Origin: Alphaproteobacteria bacterium
GTDB lineage: Bacteria; Pseudomonadota; Alphaproteobacteria; Micropepsales; Micropepsaceae
Direction of reading: 5' to 3'
Length of the DNA stretch: 64,000 bases
Assembly (NCBI GenBank): GCA_023259375.1
Contig: JAHFQC010000016.1
Coordinates: 11,349-75,348 of the forward strand
The first letter of the stretch is position 1, and each line of letters begins with the position of its first letter. The notes under the pieces were generated by a model that saw only the letters and a list, made by a program, of their open reading frames with translations, made no database searches and had not been told where the DNA came from. Shown piece by piece: positions 19,315 to 29,028 of the stretch. Both the position numbers and the translations under genes were made by a program.

Positions 19315-19894
19315 TCGCGGCTCCCAGTTTTACCAATACGGAACCGTCGTTTGACTGCCAGTCTGCTGTCATGAGAATGGCCGCGTAGCGGCTCGCTGTT
19401 CCTACCACTACACGGTGGCTGTCGACCGGGTCGCCAAAAATCGACCGGCTTGATATCGCATCTTCGATGAGCCCCGCGCGATGTCCGAACGTGGCGGCAT
19501 CGATCACGGTTGCAAGGCAAACGCTTTCGCCCAGGAACCCCGCCAGGACAAAGCGGCCGCCGATATCCGTCATGGCTTCGGCGAACTCGGGACTGGAATA
19601 GCACGAGGCCGCGGATGGTTCGAACACCATGTCGTGGCGCTGCGGGCGGAAGCCGTCGATCCAGGATCGCGTGTCCTCGTTCGCGCAGTAGCTCTTGGAA
19701 TTCGCAAACGCGACAGGGAAGCCGCGCTTTCTGGCCTCCTGCAGGAGCATTCGGCAGTTGTTCAGGACCGTATGCGCCCGCGGCGTTGCGGCGGAATAGC
19801 TCTCGAGGTTTTCCCGGAACATCTCCGCGAACACGATCGGCGGAAAGGTGTTTTGCTTGTACGACGTCCGGAAGGGAATGATCGAACCGGTCAT
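19301..19894 (-). CDS. Isochorismatase/cysteine hydrolase family protein, divergent
   Basis: WIDGFRP...VFEPSAASCYS, LAGFLGESVCLATVIDA, DAISS; ATGA overlap with the GNAT gene. Confidence 0.75.
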   Translation of the reverse strand: MTGSIIPFRTSYKQNTFPPIVFAEMFRENLESYSAATPRAHTVLNNCRMLLQEARKRGFPVAFANSKSYCANEDTRSWIDGFRPQRHDMVFEPSAASCYSSPEFAEAMTDIGGRFVLAGFLGESVCLATVIDAATFGHRAGLIEDAISSRSIFGDPVDSHRVVVGTASRYAAILMTADWQSNDGSVLVKLGAANACR

Positions 19895-21132
19895 GGATGA
19901 ATATCGACCGACGGGCGCGTGACGGGGCGGCTGGCCGATTCCTCAAGAATGCCCGGTTCGTGCCAGCGGCCTTCCGGCCGGATCAGCACGTAGGGATCGT
20001 CGCCGATGTGAAGGGCCTGCGGAATGGGATCGAATTCACCCAGGACTTCGACGTAATCGAAGTCGGAGAATTTGAACTCCTTGCCGCCAGGAAATGGCTT
20101 GGCGCCGAACCGGCCCCAGAAATTCAACAGGCGCTTTTGCGCGTGGCCATAGATCTTGCGGTAGCCTTTGGTGCGGCACATCTCGATGGCCGCGCGGACG
20201 ATCTGGAACGACACGGTCGTGTGGCGGAATTCCTTACGCACCGCCAGGCGCTCGAGCTTGGCGAAATCGGCGAAATACCGGATGCGCAGGCAGGCCGCCG
20301 GCTCGTCGCCGACATACCCGAGGATGTGGGCCGCCGCGTGGTCGTTGCCGTCGAATTCTTCCTCGTAGGGGCACTCCTGCTCGCCGATGTAGACGGCGCT
20401 GCGAATACTGACGACGCGCAGCCAATCATCGGTCGTGCGGGCCACGGTGACCGAAATCGTCTTGCGGTCGTTGCCGGGCCGATAGGTATCGAAGGACGGT
20501 GCGTTGGACGGTTTCGCGCGCGGCCGCTCGTAGACATAGAGGTTCGGGGCATCGACGCCGTAGATGGTGGTCCCTTTTTTGAAGCCGAGCGTTTCCGCAA
20601 ATTGGGAGCCGCTCGCCGTCGCCGCCCGTCCGTACAGGGGCACGCCGTCGTAGGGAGGGGCCGACAGTTTCTCCAGCACAAGCACCATCGCCGGCGCGAG
20701 AGCGCGCGGTGCAAAGACTGCCCAGAAATAGACCGCGGCCGGCCGCTCGTCGGGATCGGCCAGTTGATCGGGTGCCGGGTTGGCGGCGTCGAACGTGCCG
20801 GCCGCGAGCGCAAGCAAGCCCCGGTTGTTGAGAAAGAGCAGGGCGATGAAGCCTTCGCCCTTCGGATCGGCCGGGTCGAATCTGGAACGCCGGGATATGG
20901 CCCACAGCGTATCGGGATGGCGTTTTGCTACGTCGCGCACGACGGCCGATTCTGCCAGGCGGCCGAGCGTCGGAGTTGCAAGCGCCAACAGATGGTCGAA
21001 ATCCGACGAGTCCGGACGAAAAATAACCACGTTGCGAGCCAGGCGCCGGTCGATTTGTGCATAAGGGCGACATTTCCGTGCCACCGCACGAGTATTTTCG
21101 GCACAAGCCTGTTCTCTATGATCGGTAGTCAT
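19891..21132 (-). CDS. Two-domain GNAT-family N-acyltransferase
   Basis: C-terminal GNAT: IRSAVYIGEQECPYEEEFDGND, AKLERLAVRKEFR, KIYGHAQ; the N-terminal half resembles a second acyltransferase-like fold. Confidence 0.8.
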   Translation of the reverse strand: MTTDHREQACAENTRAVARKCRPYAQIDRRLARNVVIFRPDSSDFDHLLALATPTLGRLAESAVVRDVAKRHPDTLWAISRRSRFDPADPKGEGFIALLFLNNRGLLALAAGTFDAANPAPDQLADPDERPAAVYFWAVFAPRALAPAMVLVLEKLSAPPYDGVPLYGRAATASGSQFAETLGFKKGTTIYGVDAPNLYVYERPRAKPSNAPSFDTYRPGNDRKTISVTVARTTDDWLRVVSIRSAVYIGEQECPYEEEFDGNDHAAAHILGYVGDEPAACLRIRYFADFAKLERLAVRKEFRHTTVSFQIVRAAIEMCRTKGYRKIYGHAQKRLLNFWGRFGAKPFPGGKEFKFSDFDYVEVLGEFDPIPQALHIGDDPYVLIRPEGRWHEPGILEESASRPVTRPSVDIHP

Positions 21133-21185
21133 TTTTCATCTCGGCCAAATCCGATATCATCGTTAGCGTAAACGGGGTGTTCGGT

Positions 21186-22244
21186 ATGCATAAACGTTCT
21201 GAACGCAGTGTTCAGTTAGGCGAACGCGTTCTTCAGCCGAAATCACAGACGCTCAAGGATTGGAATGGGGCCCACACATTCCTCGAACTCGTCCGTGGGG
21301 GGAGCTTTCGCGCGACCTCGGAGCGGCTCGGCATATCCGTGAATGCGGTTCGGTCCCGCGTCAGTGCGCTCGAGACCGCATTAGGGGTGACGCTCGTGAC
21401 CCGTCATGTCGACGGGATTCGGCTCACGCCCGAAGGCGCGCGCGTCTTCGAGCACGCGGCCCAGATGGAAGCGGCATCGTTCGATCTGTTGCAGGATTGC
21501 GGACGTTCCGAACGCGCGCTGACGGGCAAGGTCAAGCTGGCGATCACCGAAGGACTTGGGGCCTTGTGGGTGGGGTCGAAACTGATCGAGTTTCAGCGCG
21601 CCAATCCGAAGCTCATGATTCACATGCAGTGTGCGACGCATACGGCGGATGTGCTGCGGCTTGAGACCGATATCTCGGTTCAGCTGACACGGCCGACCGC
21701 GGCCGATTTGCGCGTGCAGAAGCTCGGCCGTCTGCATCTGGCATTCTTCGCCGCGAAATCCTACCTCGATGTCTACGGTGAGCCTCAGAGCGTGGCTGAT
21801 CTGCGCAAGCATCGGATCGTTATGCAGACCGAGGACGACCCGGCGGGACATGAACTCTATACCACTCTGTTCGCCGGCATTCCGCCGGAGCAGATCATCG
21901 CCATCCTCACCAATGTTAGCAGTGTGACCTATTGGTCCATTGCGCGGGGTGCCGGTATCGGGATGCTGCCGACCTATGTTTACGCGGTGGGAGCGCCGAT
22001 CGTGCCGGTCAATATTCCGATCCATCATCCCGTGGATATTTGGATGACGTACCACCCGGACGCTGCGCGAATTAAGCGGGTTCGCCGTCTCATCGATTGG
22101 TTGGCACGCGCGTTTTCGCCAAAGACGTTTCCGTGGTTTCGAGATGAATACATCGCGCCGGAACGTTTTCGCGGTGAGTATCACGGCAAGACACTGAGAA
22201 GCCCCTTCGAGGGCCTTGGGGAAGGAATACGGAAATCAGGATGA
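21186..22244 (+). CDS. LysR-family transcriptional regulator (start 21177 or 21186)
   Basis: DWNGAHTFLELVRGGSFRATSERLGIS, LVTRHVDGIRLTPEG, LTGKVKLAITEG. Confidence 0.9.
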   Translation: MHKRSERSVQLGERVLQPKSQTLKDWNGAHTFLELVRGGSFRATSERLGISVNAVRSRVSALETALGVTLVTRHVDGIRLTPEGARVFEHAAQMEAASFDLLQDCGRSERALTGKVKLAITEGLGALWVGSKLIEFQRANPKLMIHMQCATHTADVLRLETDISVQLTRPTAADLRVQKLGRLHLAFFAAKSYLDVYGEPQSVADLRKHRIVMQTEDDPAGHELYTTLFAGIPPEQIIAILTNVSSVTYWSIARGAGIGMLPTYVYAVGAPIVPVNIPIHHPVDIWMTYHPDAARIKRVRRLIDWLARAFSPKTFPWFRDEYIAPERFRGEYHGKTLRSPFEGLGEGIRKSG

Positions 22245-22696
22245 ATGCGCCTATGAGCAGAGTGAGAAAGCCGGTTCCGGTTGATGGTTTTGTTGCCCAG
22301 CGCCTGCGGGCACTTCGCAAGGCAAAGGGCTTGTCGCAGTCTCAGTTGGGCTCGGAACTCGGATTGACGTTCCAGCAGATTCAAAAATACGAGAAAGCGG
22401 TCAACCGGATTGGTGCCGGACGATTGTTCGAGGTGGCACGCATTCTCGGCGTGCCGATCAACGAGATGTATCCGGAGTCCGGTTCGGAGGCGGAAAACGG
22501 CGGCGAACTCGGGGACGGCGTGAAGCGGGTTTCCGAATTTGCCTTGAGCGCCGAAGGCTGGCGTCTGTGTAACGCGTTTTTGAGCATCAAGAACCGGCAG
22601 ACGCGCAAAACCTTGGTCGCGCTCGTCCTGGAACTGGCGGAGAAGGCGGCGTCCGAGGGCGAGCCGGAAGCTGAACCGGACGCCAAACCGGAATGA
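22241..22696 (+). CDS. XRE-family HTH regulator, PraR/PhrR-like
   Basis: GLSQSQLGSELGLTFQQIQKYEKAVNRIGAGRLFEVARILGVP; ATGA overlap with LysR. Confidence 0.88.
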   Translation: MNAPMSRVRKPVPVDGFVAQRLRALRKAKGLSQSQLGSELGLTFQQIQKYEKAVNRIGAGRLFEVARILGVPINEMYPESGSEAENGGELGDGVKRVSEFALSAEGWRLCNAFLSIKNRQTRKTLVALVLELAEKAASEGEPEAEPDAKPE

Positions 22697-22730
22697 GCTG
22701 TCAAACGCGAGCTCTGCCGAGGCGCAGCTT

Positions 22731-23330
22731 CTAATCCGGCTGGGCTTTCAGGGCTCGCGCCAACAGTTGCGTCAGCGTGGCGATGACTTGTTCCCGCGAG
22801 GCGCCCATGCGGTCGCCTTCGAGCAGGCACTGATACATGGCGCCGACGATGGCTTGACCGACGATTTCCGGATCGCAGGTGGCTGGAATGTCCTGCCGTA
22901 GCATCTCAGCCCAATCCATGCCCCAGCGGCGCGCTGCCGATGACGTGCGCGGGTCGTCGGCGTCGAACAGCGCTTCGTCCGCCATCACCGCGTTCAACAG
23001 CCGTGGGTTTTGGTCCGAAAAGGCATAGATGGCGGCCAAGCTCTGCGCGATCGTACTCTCGATCACGTTGGTGCGGACGATCCGAGCCTGCATAAAAGTA
23101 TGGAATTCAACGCGGGCATCATCGATGAACGCAAAGTAGCACTCGCGTTTATCTTTGTAGTGCAAATAGAATGTGCCGTGGCCGAGACCCGCAGTTCGCG
23201 TGATGTCTTGCGGTCTTGTATAGTGGTACCCGCGTTCGGTGAAAAGCTTGCGCGCAGCCGTTTTGATTTTCGCCAGACTGTCCGGGTGCCGCTGTGCAGC
23301 TGAAGCAATTGCAGGTGCGCAGGCATCCAT
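22731..23330 (-). CDS. TetR/AcrR-family regulator
   Basis: IKTAARKLFTERGYHYTRPQDITRTAGLGHGTFYLHYKDK. Confidence 0.88.
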   Translation of the reverse strand: MDACAPAIASAAQRHPDSLAKIKTAARKLFTERGYHYTRPQDITRTAGLGHGTFYLHYKDKRECYFAFIDDARVEFHTFMQARIVRTNVIESTIAQSLAAIYAFSDQNPRLLNAVMADEALFDADDPRTSSAARRWGMDWAEMLRQDIPATCDPEIVGQAIVGAMYQCLLEGDRMGASREQVIATLTQLLARALKAQPD

Positions 23331-23804
23331 AAAAACCCCTTCGCGGCGTCTGACACGCCTGTATGTTCGACAATGCCATGGGCGTTTTCCGGTTCCCATC
23401 CAAAATTGCGGAAAATGCGTTTTGCGGCTGCATATTTTGATCCGTTAGGGCAAGGGCGCGCGCCGCGAACGTTCGCGTTGGTGAGATGATCGTCAACCTG
23501 CGAAGACACGACCGGCACAGGTCAACGGGACAACTGTCTCCATGATTTCAGCCGGGCGAGGGGATCGCGGTGTTTGCCGACGTCCACGGCTCCCGAACAC
23601 GGAAAAGTGAAGCCGCCCCTGTTCGCCATGTGCGCCGCGTCGAGGGACGCCGCGACCATCTGTCCAACAAGGCAGAGATGAGCTTTGCTGCTGGATATTT
23701 GCGTTGATGCGCGGCGCGCAACTACCCGCTGCCGCCAGTTGAGGAATTGCCGGGGCCGGGCAAAGCCGCTAATCATTTATCAGACAAAAAAATTGGAGGG
23801 AAGG

Positions 23805-26414
23805 ATGCGCGCCATCACAAAAAAGGTTTTTCCGTCGGTATTCGTGCTCGCACTGTGCACGGCCGCGTTCGGTGAGACACAGACTCAGGCGCCGTATCTC
23901 AATCCCGATCTGTCGCCGCAAGCGCGTGCCGCCGATCTGGTGTCCCGCATGACACTGCAGGAGAAGGTCCTGCAGATGCAGAGTGGCTCGCCGGCGCTGC
24001 CGCGGCTCGGCATTCCGGCCTACAACTGGTGGGGCGAGGCGCTGCATGGCGTCGCCAACGGGCACGCCACCGCGTTCCCCCAGGCCATCGGTTTGGGCGC
24101 GACCTTCGACGCCGATCTGATCCATCGCGTCGCCGACGTCACTTCGACCGAAGCGCGGGCCAAGTTCCATGAAGCCCAGCGCGCCGGCATTCCGGCCCGG
24201 CCGGGTGTCATGCCGACCGATATCGCGCTGACCTTCTGGTCGCCGAACATCAACATTTTCCGCGATCCACGCTGGGGCCGCGGCCAAGAAACCTACGGCG
24301 AAGACCCGTTCCTGTCGGGCCAGTTGGGCGCGGCGTTCGTGCGCGGCATGCAGGGTGACGATCCTCGTTACCTCAAGACCGTGGCGACGCCGAAGCACTA
24401 TGCCGTCCATTCCGGTCCCGAAACGCTGCGTCACGGCTTCGATGCCAAGATCAGCGATTACGACCTGAATAACACCTATCTGCCCGCGTTCCGCACCGCC
24501 GTCACGGAAGGCAAAGCGGAATCGGTGATGTGCGTCTATAACTCCGTCGACGGCGTGCCGGGTTGCGCTTCGGCCGATCTGTTGCAGAAGCATCTGCGCG
24601 ACGCCTGGGGCTTCGGCGGCTATGTCGTCAGCGACTGCGGCGCGGTCGGCGACATCTATCAGAACCACAAATACACCAAGACGATGGGCGAGGCGGCGGT
24701 CAAGGCCGTCAAGGCGGGCACCGACCTGACTTGCGGCACCGAATACGAGACCCTGCCGGCCGAAGTGAAGGCCGGCACCATCAGCGAGGCCGAGATCAAT
24801 CGCGCCCTGGAACGGCTGTTCGTGGCCCGCATTCGCTTGGGCATGTTCGATCCGCCGGATCGCGTTCCCTATGCCGCCATTCCCGCCAGCGAGAACGATT
24901 CCGCCGCGCATCGGGTCCTGGCGCTGGAAGCGGAAAACAAGGCCATTGTCCTGTTGAAGAACACGGGCATTCTGCCGCTCAAACCGTCGGTCAAGAAGAT
25001 CGCGGTGATCGGTCCGTCGGCGGACGATCCCGGCTCGCTCTTAGGCAACTATAACGGCATCTCGACCCGTCAGGTCACGCCGCTGGAAGGCATCCAGCAG
25101 CAGTTCCCCGGCGCCCAGATCCGCTATTCGGTCGGCGCGGCCTATACGGACTCGACGCCGGTGCCGGTGTCCTCGGCGGCGCTGTCGTCGTCTGACGGCA
25201 CCAAGCCCGGCGTGAAGGTGGAATACTACGACAATCCCGATTTCGCCGGGGCGCCGAAACTGGTGCGTGACGAGTCGCGGATCGCGTTCAATGAACGTTC
25301 GAGCGATGCGGCCGCGCGGGCCGTCATCCACGGCGACAAGTATTCGATCCGCTGGACCGGCACGTTCACCCCGCCGGTGAGCGGCGAGTACATGCTGGCC
25401 GCCCGCACCCATATGTGGAACCGCGGCGGCAAGATCCACATGTTCATCGACGGCAAGGATGTTGGGACCAATGTCACGCAAGGTCCCAGCGCCATTCCGG
25501 GTGCGCAACCGATGGGCATGATGGCGTCGCGCAATGCCGATGCCAAATTGACCTTCGTCGGCGGGCACAAGTATTCGATCCGCGTCGAGCTGCAGCAGAA
25601 TGGCCCTGAAGGCACGACCGATCTTTACTGGATCGCGCCCAAGGAAGCGGCCCTTCACGAAGCTGCGGAAGTCGTCAAGCAGTCGGACGTCGCGGTGGTG
25701 TTCGTCGGCCTCAACTCGTCGCTGGAAGGCGAAGAGAATCCGTGGGTGAAAATCCCCGGCTTCCTCGGCGGCGACCGCACCACGACCGACCTGCCGGAAC
25801 CGCAGGAGAAGCTGATCGAAGCCGCGGTGGCCACCGGCAAGCCGGTCGTCGTGGTGATGACCAGCGGCAGCGCGCTCAGCGTTAATTATGCCGACAAGCA
25901 TGCCGCGGCGGTGCTGCAGGCGTGGTACGGCGGCGAAGAGACCGGCACGGCCGTCGCTGCGACCCTGGCGGGCACCAACAATCCGTCGGGGCGGCTGCCG
26001 GTGACGTTCTACAAGAGCATTGACCAGATTCCGGCCTTCACCGAATACGCCATGAAGGGCCGCACCTATCGCTATTTCTCGGGTGAGCCGCTGTACGCCT
26101 TCGGTTACGGTCTCAGCTACTCGAAGTTCGCCTATTCCGGACTGAAGGCGGTGCGGAACGGCGCGTCGGCCGACGTCAGCGCGACCGTGAAGAACGTTTC
26201 GGCCCGCGACGGCGATGAAGTGGTCCAGCTCTACACCTCGGGAACCGGCGAGGAAATCCGCTCCTTGAAGGGCTTCCAGCGCGTCCATCTCAAGGCGGGT
26301 GAAAGCCGTCAGGTGACGTTCACGCTGAAGGACGTGCCGCAAGGCAATGTCGGGGTCAGCGTCGGCGGCGGCCAGCCGGTCGGCACGGTCCCGCACGTGG
26401 ACGGTAAGCTGTAA
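23805..26414 (+). CDS. Secreted GH3 beta-glycosidase with PA14 and Fn3-like domains
   Basis: ggagg RBS; signal peptide; WWGEALHG, RDPRWGRGQETYGEDP, KHYAVH, YVVSDCG (nucleophile Asp), LEGEE, FGYGLSY. Confidence 0.93.
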   Translation: MRAITKKVFPSVFVLALCTAAFGETQTQAPYLNPDLSPQARAADLVSRMTLQEKVLQMQSGSPALPRLGIPAYNWWGEALHGVANGHATAFPQAIGLGATFDADLIHRVADVTSTEARAKFHEAQRAGIPARPGVMPTDIALTFWSPNINIFRDPRWGRGQETYGEDPFLSGQLGAAFVRGMQGDDPRYLKTVATPKHYAVHSGPETLRHGFDAKISDYDLNNTYLPAFRTAVTEGKAESVMCVYNSVDGVPGCASADLLQKHLRDAWGFGGYVVSDCGAVGDIYQNHKYTKTMGEAAVKAVKAGTDLTCGTEYETLPAEVKAGTISEAEINRALERLFVARIRLGMFDPPDRVPYAAIPASENDSAAHRVLALEAENKAIVLLKNTGILPLKPSVKKIAVIGPSADDPGSLLGNYNGISTRQVTPLEGIQQQFPGAQIRYSVGAAYTDSTPVPVSSAALSSSDGTKPGVKVEYYDNPDFAGAPKLVRDESRIAFNERSSDAAARAVIHGDKYSIRWTGTFTPPVSGEYMLAARTHMWNRGGKIHMFIDGKDVGTNVTQGPSAIPGAQPMGMMASRNADAKLTFVGGHKYSIRVELQQNGPEGTTDLYWIAPKEAALHEAAEVVKQSDVAVVFVGLNSSLEGEENPWVKIPGFLGGDRTTTDLPEPQEKLIEAAVATGKPVVVVMTSGSALSVNYADKHAAAVLQAWYGGEETGTAVAATLAGTNNPSGRLPVTFYKSIDQIPAFTEYAMKGRTYRYFSGEPLYAFGYGLSYSKFAYSGLKAVRNGASADVSATVKNVSARDGDEVVQLYTSGTGEEIRSLKGFQRVHLKAGESRQVTFTLKDVPQGNVGVSVGGGQPVGTVPHVDGKL

Positions 26415-26453
26415 TCGACGCCGGGTCCGGCGATCAGGGGAAAGGTGGAGATC

Positions 26454-26888
26454 ATGCTCAAGGGAATTTCACCGCTTCTATCGCCGGATCTTCTCAGTGC
26501 GCTTTACCGGATGGGGCATGGCGACGAGATCATCCTCGCCGACGCGCATTTTCCGGGTGAAACCTGCAACAAGAATGTCCTGCGTGCCGATGGGCTCAGG
26601 ATCGCCGATCTTCTCCATGCGATCCTGCCGTTGTTCGTGCTGGACCCCTATGTGCCCGATCCGGTGCTGATGATGGCACCGGTTCCGGGCGACGAACTCG
26701 ATGCTGCGCTGCTCGCCGCCTATCGCAAGGTCCTCGCGCAGCACGCGCCGGATGCGCCGGCGATCCAGTTCATCGACCGCTTTCCGTTTTACGAACGCGC
26801 GCGTTCGGCCTACGCGGTCGTGATGACCGGGGAGACGGCGAAGTACGGCAATATCATCCTCAAGAAGGGCGTTACCCCGTTGTCATAA
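26454..26888 (+). CDS. fucU: L-fucose mutarotase, RbsD/FucU family
   Basis: [32 protein letters not shown]; FYERAR; [16 protein letters not shown]. Confidence 0.92.
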   Translation: MLKGISPLLSPDLLSALYRMGHGDEIILADAHFPGETCNKNVLRADGLRIADLLHAILPLFVLDPYVPDPVLMMAPVPGDELDAALLAAYRKVLAQHAPDAPAIQFIDRFPFYERARSAYAVVMTGETAKYGNIILKKGVTPLS

Positions 26889-26892
26889 CGCC

Positions 26893-27834
26893 ATGGCCAG
26901 AGCGTCCAGCAAAGATCCGACGAAAGGACCGAGCCGCCCACGTGCCCGGAAAGGGCCGAGCCCGTCCGAGGCCGCAGTGTTGGCGTCGCCGGAGTTTTTC
27001 TCGACGCAGGTTGGCCATGTGCGGCGGATGTATCTCGACCTCAAGCCGGCGCGGAACATCTCGCTGGCGGTCGTTTGCGCCGGTTTCGAGCATTGTTCGC
27101 CGGATTTCGAGATCACCCGCGAGAAGTTTCCGTACTACTGCATCGAATACGTTCTGCGCGGGCAGGGCAGTGTGAGCCTGGGCAACCAGACCTGCGAGCT
27201 CAAAAGCGGTGACGTCTTCGCCTACACGCCCCAGACGCCGCACGTCATCAAGGCCAATGCGCGCGACCCCTTCATCAAGTACTTCGTCGATTTCACCGGA
27301 TCGCGCGCGGCGCAGCTTCTCGGCGACAGCCGGCTCTCGTCCGGCGACATCATGCGGCTGTTTCCGCCCGACAGTCTGGTACCTTTGTTCGAGGAGCTGA
27401 TCCGGTCGGGCTTGGCGGCAGGAGCCAAAGCGGATGTGCTATGCGTCAAGCTCCTGGAATGCATCGCGCTGAAGATCGCGGCGGCGTCGACCCCCTCCGA
27501 GGCGGCGAAGTCGCGGACCTTTGCGGTCTATCAGCAATGCCGGGCGCATATCGAAGAGCACTGCCTGCGTCTCAAAACCCTCGATCAGATCGCCAAGGAA
27601 TGTCGGATCGACAAGGCCTACATGTGCCATCTGTTCCGCCGCTTCGATCACGAGAGCCCGTACCAGAGCCTGTTGCATTTCAAGATGAAGGCGGCCGCCG
27701 ACGAGCTGCAGAGGAGCGGTGCGCTGATCAAGGATGTTGCGGCGGCGGTCGGATTTTCCGACCCGCTTCACTTTTCCAGGCTGTTCCACAGGGTCCTCGG
27801 AATGTGGCCGTCCGACTTCCGGAACCTGCGCTGA
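26893..27834 (+). CDS. AraC-family regulator with cupin-type ligand domain
   Basis: YYCIEYVLRGQG cupin; C-terminal IKDVAAAVGFSDPLHFSRLFHRVLGMWPSDFR. Confidence 0.9.
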   Translation: MARASSKDPTKGPSRPRARKGPSPSEAAVLASPEFFSTQVGHVRRMYLDLKPARNISLAVVCAGFEHCSPDFEITREKFPYYCIEYVLRGQGSVSLGNQTCELKSGDVFAYTPQTPHVIKANARDPFIKYFVDFTGSRAAQLLGDSRLSSGDIMRLFPPDSLVPLFEELIRSGLAAGAKADVLCVKLLECIALKIAAASTPSEAAKSRTFAVYQQCRAHIEEHCLRLKTLDQIAKECRIDKAYMCHLFRRFDHESPYQSLLHFKMKAAADELQRSGALIKDVAAAVGFSDPLHFSRLFHRVLGMWPSDFRNLR

Positions 27835-27863
27835 GCCCATCCGGCCCAGTGGCTGGGAAAAGT

Positions 27864-27897
27864 CAATTTTATCCATGTGAATTCCAATTATCGCCAT
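27864..27897 (+). promoter_or_regulatory. Candidate AraC tandem half-sites upstream of the epimerase operon
   Basis: caattttatccat (27864) and caattatcgccat (27885): 10/13 identical, 21-bp period, in an AT-rich intergenic region. Confidence 0.5.
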
Positions 27898-27961
27898 TTA
27901 CGAATATTGTGAATGGGAGCCTATCATTCGACGGCTTCACTCAATTGGGACAAGCATATCC

Positions 27962-29023
27962 ATGTCGATGGTCAAGAACGGGCGCGTTGTCGAAGTCGAC
28001 GAACCGACAAAAGCAGACGATCTCATTGTCATCACCGGGGCTGGCGGTTTTATCGGCGGCAATCTGGTGCAGTACTTCACCCGCAAGGGGTTCAAGAACA
28101 TCCGTGCTGTCGACAAGAAGCCGCTCTATGAGTGGTATCTGCACACGCCCGGCGTCGAGAACCTTTGCCTGGATGTCAGCATCGAAGAGAACTGCCGCCG
28201 CGTCTGCGAAGGCGCCGTGGAAGTCTACAACCTCGCGGCCGACATGGGCGGCATGGGCTTCATCGAGCGCTTCCGCATCGAGTGCCTGCGCTCGATCCTG
28301 ATCAACACCCACATGGTCGAAGCGGCCTATCGTGCCGGTGTCCGGCGCTATTTCTATTCGTCGTCGGCGTGCGCCTACAACACGCTTTTGCAGCAGGACC
28401 CGAACGTTCGCGCTCTGAAGGAATCCGACGCCTATCCGGCCATGGCCGAACGCGGCTACGGCTGGGAAAAGTTGATGAGCGAGATGTTCTGCCAGGAATA
28501 CTGGGCCGAACGCGGCATGAAGACGTTCATCGCGCGTTTCCACAACGTCTACGGCCCCAACGGCACCTGGGATGGCGGCCGCGAAAAGGCGCCGGCGGCG
28601 CTGTCGCGCAAAGTCGTCGAAGCGCTCGACGGCGGCTCGGAAGACATCACGATCTGGGGCGACGGTTCGCAGACCCGCAGCTTCATGTACATCGACGATT
28701 GCGTCCAGGGCATCGACAAGATCACGCATTGCGATGAGCTCATCGCCACGCCGATCAATCTCGGCTCGAGCGAACTGGTTTCGATCAACGAACTGCTGAC
28801 CAAGGTCGAGAAGGCGGCGAAGCTGAAGAAGCCGCTCAACCGGCATTACGATCCCACCGCCCCGAAGGGCGTCGGCGGGCGCAATTCCGACAACACCTTC
28901 ATCAAACAGGTGTTGAAGTGGGAGCCGTCCACGACGCTCGATGAAGGCTTGGCCAAGACCTATGCTTGGATCAGCGAGCAGTATCACCGCCGCAAGTCCG
29001 GCAAGCGCGTTGGGATTGGCTGA
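27962..29023 (+). CDS. NAD-dependent epimerase, GDP-D-mannose 3,5-epimerase (GME)-like
   Basis: ITGAGGFIG, NLAADMGGMGFI, SSSACAY, YGWEK, RFHNVYGP, GGREKAPAA, WGDGSQTRSF; these match the plant GME signature. Confidence 0.85.
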   Translation: MSMVKNGRVVEVDEPTKADDLIVITGAGGFIGGNLVQYFTRKGFKNIRAVDKKPLYEWYLHTPGVENLCLDVSIEENCRRVCEGAVEVYNLAADMGGMGFIERFRIECLRSILINTHMVEAAYRAGVRRYFYSSSACAYNTLLQQDPNVRALKESDAYPAMAERGYGWEKLMSEMFCQEYWAERGMKTFIARFHNVYGPNGTWDGGREKAPAALSRKVVEALDGGSEDITIWGDGSQTRSFMYIDDCVQGIDKITHCDELIATPINLGSSELVSINELLTKVEKAAKLKKPLNRHYDPTAPKGVGGRNSDNTFIKQVLKWEPSTTLDEGLAKTYAWISEQYHRRKSGKRVGIG

Positions 29024-29028
29024 TCATC

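Noticed and set aside
19897-21171. 424-aa plus-strand ORF
   Set aside because: Antisense shadow of the GNAT gene
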